A stretch of 64,000 bases of DNA, taken from positions 5,170,944 through 5,234,943 of the forward strand of contig OZ316894.1 in NCBI GenBank assembly GCA_973895155.1. The letters are read 5' to 3'. Made by a program: the position numbers and the translations under genes. The notes under the pieces are model-generated. The model searched no databases. It saw only the letters and a program-made list of their open reading frames with translations, and was not told the origin of the DNA. Numbering within the stretch: the first letter of the stretch is position 1; every line of letters begins with the position of its first letter. Positions 38,043 through 50,856 of this stretch are shown piece by piece. The stretch comes from Marsupella aquatica. Its lineage: Eukaryota; Plantae; Marchantiophyta.

Positions 38043-39034
38043 GGTTGCTTTTAGGCGAGCTGCAACCCGAACCCCTATACCAACTCCGGTTGCAGCACCT
38101 CATTCCCCCCCAGGTGATGTTGATAATGCCCCTCAGGAGAGTGCACCTGAAAATGTACAAGGGCACAACATTCCCATGAGGATACCTACAGAGAATTTGG
38201 TTAACTATGGCAACCCACCTCTGAATTTCAGTAACTGGAATTCATTCCATGGTGCAACACCATATGTACCTGATACCCCATAAACAAATCCACAGGCTTC
38301 CTATGGATTTAGATCTATGCTTGCAGAAATTGACCGTGACCTAGCACACAATCCGTAGTCCCTTTGGCTGAACCTATAGCACAATTTGTAATTGCCTCTT
38401 GAGATTGAGGATATGCAATTGAGAATGAGTTCCACATTTTAATTTTGCGTACTCAATAATACCAACTGAATTCATGAGTGAGTCAAAAAAGATGCAATTA
38501 TAATGATGTACAAACTCAAATTAGATAATTGCAATTGAAATTTTTTTTGACTCAGTCATGAATTCAGTTGGTATATTTTTTTACAAAATTCTAGTTGTGA
38601 TCACAAGCAATGGCATTTCAAATATGCACCATTGTATCACCTGCGCTAGTACAGACAAGTCACTTTGGTAATACCCCCAGTAATGTGTATGTTTTCAGGG
38701 CATTTAATGAGTAGAGGCAAGTCACATCAGCCGAGACTATCTCGTGTGTGTACATTCAGAGCACCTTCAGAAGCCACGAGTCTGGGCATTGGAATTGTGA
38801 AGGTCCTTTTTGTGCATTCATTGGCACAACTGTGAACCTGCCTAGCACGAAGTACTTTGTTATGGGCCATGGCAGATTCGCCCTAGAAATGCTTCGGGAG
38901 CTGAGTCGTCTCTCTCATTCTTCCTACAAGTTCTTCCTTGCTGTGCAGTCAGGCTGTCTTTTCCATGGAGCTTTGTTGTGCACAATTTGCATTTGCGGGG
39001 CTGGGCAATCAAGGTCAACTTTTCAATCTGCAAA

Positions 39035-39448
39035 ATGCCTCTGAAGCGAGTGACAATGGCCGAAAAGGTCCTCACCATGGCTCCTTCTTGTGAACTTCTG
39101 CAGGCAACCCATGAGCAGCAACAACAGGACCCCTCCTCCGCCGATGGGAACATCATGCCGGTTGTGGCTGATTCTCCAGAGGAGCCTTTTCCTGATGAGG
39201 ACCCGGTTGCGCTTGATCATGAGCGAAGGAGAGTGGATAGGATCATGCAAATGATCCAGCACCCGGAAGAGGAAGAGGCTGGAGCAGCACGGAAGAAGAA
39301 GAGGGAAGCTCGACTAAAGAGAATTGAGAAGAGCCAGGAGAGGCGAGCAGAAAAGGCCAGGGAAGAGGAGATTGAGCATGACAGTGAGGGCAGTGATGGG
39401 GATGGCCGTCTAATTGATGGAGTTTGCTGGCAGTATCCCTCACCTTAA
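39035..39448 (+). CDS. Small charged ORF inside Harbinger copy 2
   Basis: Paralog of 14525..14920. Confidence 0.35.
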   Translation: MPLKRVTMAEKVLTMAPSCELLQATHEQQQQDPSSADGNIMPVVADSPEEPFPDEDPVALDHERRRVDRIMQMIQHPEEEEAGAARKKKREARLKRIEKSQERRAEKAREEEIEHDSEGSDGDGRLIDGVCWQYPSP

Positions 39449-40029
39449 GAGCTTCGAAGGGCAATCTCACATTGCAGCGATTCTTATTAGGTTTTGAATT
39501 AGCAGCGCAGCGTTGAAGGGCAAGAGAAAGTTGTAGTTGCGCATCAACTTCGCCATTGAGGCTCCACTTCAGGTTTAGGTAGTGCCATCAAATCGACATA
39601 GGCAGTCACAATAGGTGACTTATTACTTAAACATTTTGCACTTCAGCGAAGGGTTTTTCTACCTACCTGAATACGGCATTCGTGAGAGCATTTTCACAGA
39701 CTCTGCTCCACTTTTGTACATTTTGAGAAAGATGAATGATAGCACACACTTTTCTGTATATGATGAGTAACTATTGCCTTCACATTTTGGCCAGAGTGCC
39801 CCTCTCGAGATTGGATGCAAATAGATTTTCAATTGCAATTGCAAGACAGATGTGATGCCATCAAATCACATTTTATTATAGACAAAGCAGACTCTGAACA
39901 ATGAATAAACTAGGTATCACAAGTCCTGATTTCCCACATAGTCAAAACGGTGGCCCTGTCCTTTCAGGGACCAAAGGTGTGATACCAGGTCATTCTCAAC
40001 GAAAAATGAGTTTCAGCATCTTCAATGGC

Positions 40030-41265
40030 TCATGTAGCAGCCAAGTATTCCACCCAATCCTGCCTACCAAGGTCTTTTCCAGCTTGAGCTCTAGCTCTGT
40101 CTAAGAAGTCCCAATCAGCAGACAATCTATCACCTCTCTCATCCTCCACAATCATGTTATGTAAAATGACACAAGCCAGAAGGATGTCCTTGATTTCATG
40201 TTGATAGTGCATTCGAACTGGGTTCTTCACAATTGCAAATCACTGGTGCAAAACACCAAAAACCCTCTCAACATCCTTCCGGGCCCCCTCTTGGCACTTA
40301 GCAAACCATTTTCTGGCATTTCCTTGTGGCAGTTGAATAGTTTTAATGAAGATAGACCAGTCTGGATAAATGCCATCAGTGAGCAAATAATACCTACCAT
40401 AGTGGCGATCATTCACAATAAAACCAACCTCATTAGCTTCACTTCTCAGGAAATTGTTGATCAAAGGGGAATGATCCAGCACATTCAAGTCGTTGTTTCC
40501 ACCAGGCAATCCAAAGTAGGCATGCCAAATCCACAGGGATTGATCTACTATGGCCTCCAAAACAATGGATTTCTTTCTGTCCCTTTTGGCAAAGAGCCCT
40601 TGCCAAGTCACGGGACAATTCTTCCACTCGTAGTGTATACAATCCAGAGATGTAAACATGCTAGGGAAACCACGTTGTTCATTGATTTGTAATTGATTGA
40701 TGATGTCCTCCTTGGTGGGCTGTCTGAGGTACTCCTCCTCATAATGCTCTCTAACAACAGAACAAAATTGCTTCAAGCATTTCATGGCAGTGCTCTCTCC
40801 AATCCGCACATATTCATCAAGGGCATCAGCAGAGACACCCAATGAACACATCCTTAAAGCAGCAGTCAATTTTTGGATTGAAGATAATACAAGAATTCCT
40901 GCAACATTTCATTTTTGGATGAAATACGGATCGACCTTGCACATAGCATCATGAATTCGCCAAAAGAGAGGTCTTCTCATTCTATACCTTCTTCTGAAAT
41001 GTCTGTCAGTGTAGATTGGAGAGTCAGCGAAATAATCCTTCCAAATTCGCTCATGGCCTTGTGCTCTGTCCCGATCAATGTCCCTTCCCTTTCCTGGCCT
41101 TGATCCACCTCACTTCCTTGGGCCCTGTTCATAGTTGTTAATAACTGACCCTGCCACCACAACAGTCTCCCACCATGTTTGCTCCTCATTATCCCATTCT
41201 TGATAAGCTTGCTCGATCTGCCTCTTCAAGTTATTTCTCCATTGTATGAGTCGGTTGGATGCCAT
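40030..41265 (-). pseudogene. Harbinger DDE transposase (HARBI1/Plant_tran-like), frameshifted
   Basis: RGFPSMFTSLDCIHYEWKNCP, LWIWHAYFGLPGGNNDLNVLD, YYLLTDGIYP, RKDVERVFGVL, ACVILHNMIVEDE. Confidence 0.92.
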
Positions 41266-41727
41266 GCTTCCAAGTCTGTTCAATTCGCTTCAGATTCATT
41301 CAATTCAATATTTTGCAATGCATCGACCTCAATTGTCTGATTGCGCCTTGAAAATGTAGCGCCCATTCGCTTGACAATCCATGGTGTTCGATTTGAATTG
41401 CAGAGCTTCAAATGCTCCTGGACACCTTCGCGCGTCCGACAAGACTGTAGCAGCAGATGGTGGGACTGTAGTTGTCTAGACTGGTGACCACAGTCACTCC
41501 ATTTGTCGCGGTAGAATAGCGGGACCGGTGGGGTACCTTATTGGCAGGTACACACCAATTGGGCCCCACATGCCACTAAAGTAGCCAAAAAGTCCTTATA
41601 CGGTGTCCTGGACACCGAGTCTGGTGGGGATGCTCTAACCAGAAAAGGAGGAACAAAAATTAGGTTTTGTGGGCAATATGACACAAATTGGGCTAGTGAG
41701 AGACTACGTGTGCTAGCGAAGTGGTGT

Positions 41728-44700
41728 CTATTTGAGTTTTTCCCTCTTATGAAAAAAACGTTTGCCAATGCGACGAAAAATTCCTCGCATGGTACTTATG
41801 CGCCGGCTGTCCTCATCAGGCGGTTGATGAGGCGGTTGCCTTTGATAACATGTCGTACTGAAAATATCAGAGGACACATACGTCCAGCCTAAACTTTCCA
41901 TTTTCGAGTCGTCGAGTAAGGGACATTTATATACGAAAACTCGCATGACATTCGTTTGCGTTGTCTGGGACGACTGCTCTACTTGCAACCTGAGCTCGTC
42001 ACCTTGCTCCCCTTGTGGCAATGCTACTTGAACCGAGGACGGATTTCCCAAGCTTTCTGACAGAGTCTTCAGTCTATTGCAAACCTTAAGTGTGATTTCT
42101 TTCAGAGAAGAGAGTTGCCCCAAACTGTCCGGAAGGCTCTCCAACGCATGACAACCTTCGATGGTGAGCCTTTCTAGAGAAGAGAGAGTTCCAAGCTCAT
42201 CCGGTAATGTCTCCAAACTCCACAACCACTGCAGACTCAGGGCCCTTAATGACGAAAGGCTACCCAAACCTGCCGGGAGGATCCGTGTCTCCCGCCCTGT
42301 GAGAGTTAGGTCATGTTCAAAGCACCGAAAGTGTTCAAAAAGGTCGGGTGCCTCCTCATGCCCATCACAATAAAATTCAACCTCTTGCAATGATGGAATT
42401 TGCCCGATGCAATCGAGTAGGCTTCTCGCGTTCTTTCCCACCGCAAGAGTCACTTTCTTCAGAGACTGAAACTGCTGTACGCTCTCCGGCAGGCTTTCCA
42501 ATCTTGTTGACCGGATAGATAATTCTTGCAGGGAAGAGAGGGTTCCAAAATCGTCGGGCAGCCTCTCCAATTTAGAGCACTCCAATATCAAGCTTTGAAG
42601 AGACTTCAGTCGGGAAAAGCTGTCTGGTAGGGTCTGCAGCAAAGGAGCATTAGAAATCTTCAAGTACTGCAGCTCAAGGAGCTGGCCGAAATCCTCTGGC
42701 AACCTCTTCAATCTCCTAGCTTTTCCGAGACTCAAGTCTCTCAAATTCTGGAGCCCCCCCAAGCTCTCTGGCAGGCAGTCAAAGGTTGATGAATCAATTG
42801 ACAACACTTCTAGTGCGGAGAGCTGTCCTAAAGTGTCCGGCAATTCCTCCAACTTGGGGCATTGTAATTTGAAAGTTTTCAATGAAGAAAGCTCCTCCAT
42901 GCTTTCAGGAAGAAGCTTAGCAACCGAAGACTTGAAAGTCAAATCACGCAGTGCATACAAGTTACCCACACTCAGAGGGAGAGTCTCCACCCTATCGACA
43001 TCAAGCTCCAATTCCTCCAGTAGAGCAAGCTCTCCTAGGCTTTCGGGCAACATCTCCAATTTTCGACAAACTATCGTTAACTGGCGGAGAGACTTCAGAC
43101 AGCAGAAACTTTCAGGTAAAGTCTCTAGGTGCGCAGATGAAATGTACAATTCCTTCAGCGCCGTCCATTCAGTGAAATCGTCGGGCAAGCTCCTTAGTTG
43201 TCCAGCCTTGCTAATGTGAAGTGATTCTAGTCCCGACAGAAGGCTGAAGCTCGGAGGGAGCCTTTCCAGAGCCACGCCTCTCAAATACAGTACTCGTAGA
43301 GAGGCTAAGTTGCCAAAAGCATCCCCCAACTCTTCGAAGCCACGGCACGACTGTATGCTTAATTTCTTCAGTCCCGAAAGGCGGGAGAAAGACTGCGGTA
43401 GACACTTGATCAACGGGCAGCTCGTGATGTGCACTTCTTCCAATGACGTGAGTGAACTGCCAAAGGAGTCAGGGAGACCTGCAAGCTCTTCACAGTTTTT
43501 AATTGTTAACGTTGCAAGGCAGGATAGATTCCCTAAGGATTCAGGTAACGCCACAGATTCTATGTTGTTAAGTACAAGATGTTCGAGGGCTCGGAGGTTG
43601 CCAAATGATTTCGGCAAAGTGAGAGACCTTAGATTCCTCAACTCCAACCGTCTCAACCGAGGTAGATTCCCAAAATTCTCAGGCAGATGGACCAAACCTT
43701 CTAGTTTAGATAGACACAAAATGCGCAGATTGGTCAGGTTTCCCAATGCTTCCGGAAACTTCATTGGAATCCAAAAATTCGACAGTTCCAGCACAGCCAA
43801 ATTCTCCATTTTTTTGAGGCTCAGCTCGAACTTCGACGATTTCAATCTGTCACCTCCATCAAACCGTAGGAGCGATATTTCCCTCGTGAGACCATTTCCC
43901 GAACCTTCTGTGGAGACACGACAAAGATCTATGTATTTCAATCCCTCCAGTTTGGCCAGCGAATCCAACTGAAGGGTCCGTTGGCTCTTGTAGGGTTCAA
44001 AACGATACCAGAGCCTCAAACATTTTGTCCTTACGTCCACCTGCACATTTAACGGTAAACATTAAATGATTATTTCCTAGCTACAAGAAGTGGTCGACTA
44101 AGAAGGCAAATATAAGGAAAGTCGATATGGTTGAATTTTCTCCTTCTAGCCTACCTTGCATGATTTTAATAGGTACATCAGTTTACTGTACTGGAAAGAA
44201 CAGTTACCTCCTTGACATTCAACCGATCCACTGCTGAGTCTGATGATGCATCATCAGTAGCCAAAACCATGATGTCATTGGAAATATTCTGAGCCAAGTC
44301 TCGAAGCTGCTCATGGACCCATACTCGGTTCTTGATTTCTTTGACCAATGACCTGCTCACCAAGTTGTCCCACGTTGTTTGCATAGTTTGCGTTAGACTG
44401 CTCCATGCGGCAAGGGCCCGGTCCAATGGCCGTTCGAAGAAACATGACGCAGCCTCTGTGAACATCTCCTGTTCCTCTGGTAACAGGGCATCATAGCTTA
44501 TCCTCAAGGAAGCCCACACTCTGTCCCTTTTCTCCCCAGTTATGGCTTGTGCTTCTCTCAACCTCTGTAGAGCTTCTATCCACACTTGAACATTTCTTCC
44601 TCTGAGGTAAGTGCCGATAACTTCCAACGTCAACGGCAACCCACCACACTTTTTAACCACTGCATTGACTTTGTCAATCAGAAAGTCTGGAACGTGATTC

Positions 44701-47447
44701 AATTCAAATGCATGATGGCAGAACAGAGTCTTTGCATCATGGTCTTTCAAAAACTCTACCTCATGGACAATGCAACCTTTATAATATTTGAAAACTTCTT
44801 TGTCACGGCTTGTCATGATAACACAACTGCCCGCTCCAAAGTGCTCCAATTTTGGTAGAGCTTTGAGCTGATCCTGCGCATCTATGTCATCCATGGCAAT
44901 TAAAGCTTTCTTGCTGCGCAAATGCTGCCACTCCATTGAACCCTTGCCTGGTTTCTTCCCATTGTGATGAAAGTGACTGAGAACCCCATCCTGCAATTCG
45001 TGTGATGGGATGCCTTTTACATTATCCACAAAGCACGTGTATTCAAAGTCTTTGGAAAGAATGTTAAATGCTTGCCTTGCAAGAGTGGTCTTGCCAATCC
45101 CGCCCATGCCGAAAATTCCAAGAGCTGCTCCACCAACAAGCTTGTCCTTCACATCCAAGGCGCGTCTCTCCAAATCAAGAGGGAAGTTTGGAAGCCCATG
45201 AACTTCATGAATAGGCACTTCCACCTGAAGAGATCAAATAATTTGGATCAGAACACTCCAAATTATAGATAGCAACTACAGTGTTCATATGACAACAATC
45301 ATTCATGGTTGAACCCAGCGATATTCTTAGCTCTAAAAACATTCCGAAGCTAGAGGAGCATATGGTGAACTAGGAGGGTATTTGGGTTTTGGAGGATGTG
45401 AACATTTAAGAAAACGTTGTTGCGACTAGGCAGCTAGATTGAGGCTATTTAACTTCAGAAATATGTGGAAAGCAAGAGACTTTTGGTCTATGGCCCTTGC
45501 GGACTCTTTCACACCTCAAAGGTGGACCTCTGATATGATCGATTTAACAAACTATCCAGTCAAAATCTATGGTCTTGCCCATGAAACTAGATGTTGACCA
45601 AGTGAGATTATAACGACTGGAAGTAAATAATCCCACTAGCACTGAACTTACCACTTAAGGTACATATAGCATTCATAACCATCTGTGTAATTCTTCGTGG
45701 TCTACTTCAGAAAAGTTTCTATCATTTTAGGAGACTGACTCTGTCTATCCACTCTTCTTGTTTTTCCTCGAAGCAAAGTTTTGCAATGCAACAGTTCATG
45801 TTGGCATTGCACATCCAGGTTGGTTATGTGCTTTGGGAGAGAACGAAAATCTTGAGTTTCTTCTTCATCCTAAATTTCCGATAACATATGTCACCAACAA
45901 ATTCCTATGATTATTTGTTGTCATCTTTGAAGGAAATACTCTTTGACACGCATGCAACTCAACGTTAAAATGATATCACGAAGCCAAACATAGGAACAAT
46001 TCAGTGCCAGCCATCGGCTGCATAATCCTACCTTCATATCGTCAACAATGTGTATGAGGAAGTCCTTCAGTTTGTGGAAGCTCCTTGACGACTTGGCCCT
46101 TGGTCGACAAATAGAAAAGTGGTCTGCTCCGCCTACAACATTAAAATTGTCCTTCCTCACAGATGCCTCAGGGCCCACCATGACTTCCCCACCAAACCAG
46201 CCCTGCCCATCAATGGCCAAAGGTTGAACTTCATTAGATTACAACTGTGTGCCTGTGTCCATCTTAGGCTTTGAGAACAGACTTTTCCACACCTGAGAAT
46301 CGGCAATCCAAAGGAACAGGTGCTTGTAGATTACTCAAATCTTACTCCAGCATTGAGAAAATGCCGCTGGAAACCATATGCTAGAAGGTTGAATGCTCTG
46401 ACAGCATCAATTGTTACTTTATGCAGAATTCTACCAATTGCTACTCATACACAACAGTAGGCAATGCGAGATTCTGATTAAATGATTGGGTAGCAATCGC
46501 AGTTGTACCAAATTTGTAGGGCGGCCTTCTCCAAGTCCTGCCAACTGCCATTTCTCATACACTTTACGTATGGTATCAAATCGACTATTCAGCCGTTCCG
46601 TGTCTCTACTCAACGTTTTGAAGAATTTTAACAAAGCACCTCCCATTTTATCTGCCAGACGGTCTGCAGCAGGGCTTCCGTGATGAGGGGTAGCATAATA
46701 GAATACCCCGCTCATGTTGTTCACCAACTTCTCCAACTTCTTCGTCTCGAAATCTCGGCGCACTTGGAGTCTCTCATGCGCTTGGCAACACAATTCTTTG
46801 ATCACCAATCCTCCAATGGAGTGGCCCACCAATACAATTGGACAATCCGACTCTTGCCCAATGTTGGCCATCAGAAGATCTGAGATCAGATTTTCCCCTA
46901 AATTGAACATATCAATGTTATCGTTTGAGTTCTCTCTTAGGATTGCACTGTAAGACACTGAAAATATCTGAGCTTCAGGAATGTCCTCAACCAACCACTC
47001 CTGCGGCCAGATGCAGGAGTCATCCTCACATTTCCATGTAGACAGATGCGGGTCCCTGCTGTTTGGTCCCAACTGGAGGCCATGGAAAAACACAACCTGT
47101 ATGCTCGTTCTGCCTGCAGGCTTGTACAACTGGTACACGGAGTCATTCACCTGAGAAAACCAATCACAATGAGAAAAAAGGGACTGCGAATGTCACCAGT
47201 CGTGCTCTGCATGGATGACAGAGGCACGTGTTAAACAGCTTTAATGGGATTGCTAAGGTATGACTACAGTGATGCTCAAGAGCTTTCCAAATTGACTCAA
47301 CTACAAAAACAAACCTAAAGCGATTTGGACAAATAGACTCAACGAAAAAGCAAAAACCTCGAAGCCCGATTTCAGGGGATCTGGACTGCGTATTACCTTA
47401 AAACTTTGAGAAGACCCTTGCGGTGTGGATGAGGAGGCACCCAACAT
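41728..47447 (-). CDS. Alpha/beta-hydrolase-NB-ARC-LRR immune receptor (HNL), ~1397 aa; proposed exons 47447-47397, 47150-46509, 46202-46032, 45224-44208, 44040-41728
   Basis: All four introns GT-AG and phase 0. Hydrolase motifs VVFFHGL, GHSIGG, ATPHHGS, DHFSICRP. P-loop GMGGIGKTT, kinase-2 IAMDDI, RNBS-B IMTSRD, GLPL, VHEQLRD. More than 20 LxxLPxSxxxLxxL LRRs. Exon 1 is the least certain. Confidence 0.9.
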
Positions 47448-48907
47448 TGGGTGACAAGGAATTAAGAGCTTTGGGGACAATCAATGGGCCGTAGTTACAA
47501 GGAACCCACAAATCAAGTTTAGGGAAGGCTACTAATATCGTATAAGGAATCACCGTCTTGATCTTCAGAGTCTTTCTCATATCATTTAGGAGACTCATGC
47601 ACTCACTTAAAAGTAGAGCAAGTGGTGTACTCAGTTCAGGGCTCGGTACTCAATTGGAAGACGACTATTTGAGGAGTTCAGGACCTGTCCGGTAGAAGTT
47701 TGTGACCCAAGACTAGAAATAAATTTGACATTTCTTAGTCATTGTGAACTGGAGCAAAGTATGAATTACATATGCCGAAGTCTAATTTCAGGAAAACGAT
47801 TCTCAGAAGAATGCCGCGCGTATAAATCCGCAATGGAGACGTGGAGGCAACGGTCGGAATTGTGCGTAGTTAATACGACCACCGACTTGGACTCTCCTCG
47901 ATCCATATACATCAGGTGAGCAGGAGCTCCAGAGGTCTAGAGTGGGACCGACTTGAATACAAACTGAACAGTTTGCTTTGCGTAGAACAAGGGGATGTTG
48001 ATGTGAATGGTGACAATTTAGTCTAAGATAAGACTACGCATTGGTCACGCTGGTTAAAAGAGAAAACTAGGCCGATCCTCCGTCTCTTCTTTCCCCTGGA
48101 CTGCTGTGACTTCTGCAATTGCACATTCGAGACAATATCCGGACACATTGTTAGTGATCTCTGTCTCACAGCATGTGTGGTATGAAGACGACATAATTGT
48201 TCACACTTGCGGGTGGACGACAGGGAATGCACGATGCAGTCGAGGTGGCAGAGAGACATTACTCAAAAACAAAAGCGGCGAACGACAATGGAATTTGAGG
48301 TGGGATATGGACGAAGACATCTGTTTTTGAACACTGTCTGCCTCTGTCCAACGAGCCTTGCTGAGCTCCAGAGATTCGGAGGTGATGGTGAAGGTTTGAG
48401 ATCAGGGAACGATTTATTGAGAAGGTTGATCAGTTCATTAAAGATCAAATATCTTTTGAAGAAGTCACTGTTCGGTCAGTTTCCTTCGGTACTCGAGGAT
48501 CAGCCAGGCTCTCAATGTACAGGTGAATATCGTGATTAAGTGAAATCTTCTGTAGATGAGCTTGCAAACTATAGCTTTCACGAATTGGGTCTCTAGCAGT
48601 CCAGGACATCGCTATTGAACAGGCCCAAACAAAGATGGGAACAACATCACGCGAAAATGAAACCAAAACGCACAATTTTTGTGGCTAACCAAGATCTAGA
48701 AGTATCGTGCAAGACCTGATGAGCGCGTTTTCTGGTTCCTCAAGATCACGTAAAAATATCGACCGTCCCACAGCACAGCAAAGTTGACCTTGTCGAGGCC
48801 GTTCACATCCCTTCAATATCATCAGTCGTCCGCACTGTAGAACAATTGGAAATCATAAGAAATCACGAAAAGATACAAGAAACTGACGATAATCTGATGC
48901 CACGGTC

Positions 48908-48962
48908 ACCTGGTGCACCGGTTCTAATCCAAGAGCCTAGCGAAAGCCGGCAGAACAAAGGT
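48908..48962 (+). repeat. 55-bp direct repeat, partner at 53715-53769
   Basis: acctggtgcaccggttctaatccaagagccta(g/t)cgaaagccggcagaacaaaggt, one mismatch. Confidence 0.9.
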
Positions 48963-50671
48963 GGACGGCTTTGTGACGTTTGTACGAGAACAATTCCTTG
49001 GGATTGTGTGACTTTTGGTGCTCGGACCGATTGACCTGGCTTTTAAAGTTTACCCTTCTAATGCTCATCCTACCAAGTCAGCCCTTGAAGGAATTGTAAA
49101 CTATGATTTTTCCTAGGGGCCCACCTTCCTACTGAGGAGTCCACCGAGCGACCATAGCGACTGTAAACCTGACAGTTTGAGTTTGTACCCTTTTGCACTC
49201 GGTCTCCTGTTTCACTTGAACTAAAGGAAGGTTGCCCCTGCAGCGATCGGTTTTAGTGGACGAGAGATTATTTTACATGATTGTATGAGTTGGAACTTTG
49301 TTAAACTGATGGCTAATTTAAGAGACCAAGCTAACTTGGAAAGTTGGCCAGTCGGGGAATTTTGCTATTGCAACTTGGAGCTTGTTGATATCACAAGTTT
49401 TTCTTGCACTTTCAGGTTGTTAGTGCCCTTGACAGCCTTGTCTGAAATACAAACCCAACACACTGGGAGGGCTTAATGGATCAATTAAATCAGTTGCATA
49501 AGAGGTCCAGTACTCACCTGAAGAAGAGTTCATTATTAAAACTATCGTGAGAATACAGCGGGTGAGTGTAGATAGCATAGAACGTGGACAATCCGGACAA
49601 TTTATCAGCACTGATGTATCAATCCTATAGTTTTTTGACCAATAGTCATGGGTATGCAGGAGAGCAAACATTACCTTGAGAATTAAACAACAAAAAATTA
49701 CATTTTCCAACCTTGAGTTTCTTCATTAATTTGACCTCAGGACCTTTACAAAAGTTCACAAAGAGTTTCTTCTTAAAATGTGGTGCGACTTTGGCTCTCA
49801 TAGATTAAATATATCATGACCCAAAGCAACTTCTGGGATAGATGAGTACTGTAGTGCTGGGTGACACACCCCAACAATCAAATCAACTCCTTTTTGTATG
49901 ACATTCTACATTCAATTGTTTTTTTAGCTTAACACAAATCACCTCCTTTCCGCATGGCATTTTTGCAAATATATTTTGGCTTTGCATGGGTACTAACAGT
50001 GACACATAGGACTTATGCAAATACTGAGAGAACATGCTTTTCCAATTCAGGATACCCTTCTATATAATCTTTGAATGTTCTTGTCTAACTACCTTACCAT
50101 ACCAGCATAGCCAGCTAGATTACCAAAAACAAAAGCATAAGAGATAGATCCATACTTTGCGATAAGATAGATTGAATCCATGCACAACATCTGCTATACA
50201 TAGTTGTAAAATTCAACTGCCTAAGAGCCTTGGGCATTGTACTCAAACAAGCATTACACACATGTTGAGCCCAAAGCCACAATTAATCCTTCCCTCAGCT
50301 CCCCCTCCAAACCTGGAAAGTGTAAGCTGGAAGCAATCTATTGGTATCTATATTTAGGTGGCTGATACTTTCAAGCTCCAAGCCATCAAGTAATGGATAG
50401 ATCCCGGTAACTGCACATCAAAATATGACATATACGGTGTAGAACATCACTCCATACCATGATAAATCTCTTTATTTTCCTTAAATCAATGAGTGCACAC
50501 AATATATTAACACATTTTGATGTATGATTATCGGCAGGGGTAACAGACACTTGCATGTCCTTCACTTGAGTCAGTTCTGGCCAATACCCGATGCAAGCAA
50601 AGAGTATTTTTTCCCAGCGAGGAAGGGTAATGCTATCACCCCTGTAGTTCGTTATCCCTTTGATTTTGGCC

Positions 50672-50856
50672 GAATCTGTTTCCGTAGTGCATAATTATGT
50701 AGGACTCCACATGCCCAGCCAATTCGCCAACCAGAAAAGGAGTAAAAAAATAAGGTTTTCTGGCAATATGACACAAATTGGGCTAGTGAGAGACTACGTG
50801 TGCTATGAAGTGTGTATTTGGGTTTTTCCCTCGTATGACAAAAAGTTTGCCAATGC
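50672..50856 (-). pseudogene. Relic of the NLR 3' end/3' flank lacking the Harbinger insertion
   Basis: Joins sequence left of 36769 directly to sequence right of 41638 and runs to tttgccaatgc, the last NLR codons. Confidence 0.85.

Larger units (their letters stand above)
30105..40075 (+). repeat. Segmental duplication copy 2
   Basis: Colinear with 840-15567 once the respective insertions are removed. Confidence 0.93.
36772..41635. mobile_element. Complete PIF/Harbinger transposon (4864 bp), 17-bp TIRs, TAA TSD
   Basis: TAA-gagcatccccaccggac ... gtctggtggggatgctc-TAA (one mismatch); convergent Myb-like and DDE genes. Confidence 0.95.

Noticed and set aside
42161-46953. Plus-strand ORFs over the NLR (e.g. 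43310..43972) and similar antisense ORFs over unit B, the LINE and Harbinger
   Set aside because: Shadow frames of real coding sequence with no recognisable motifs.
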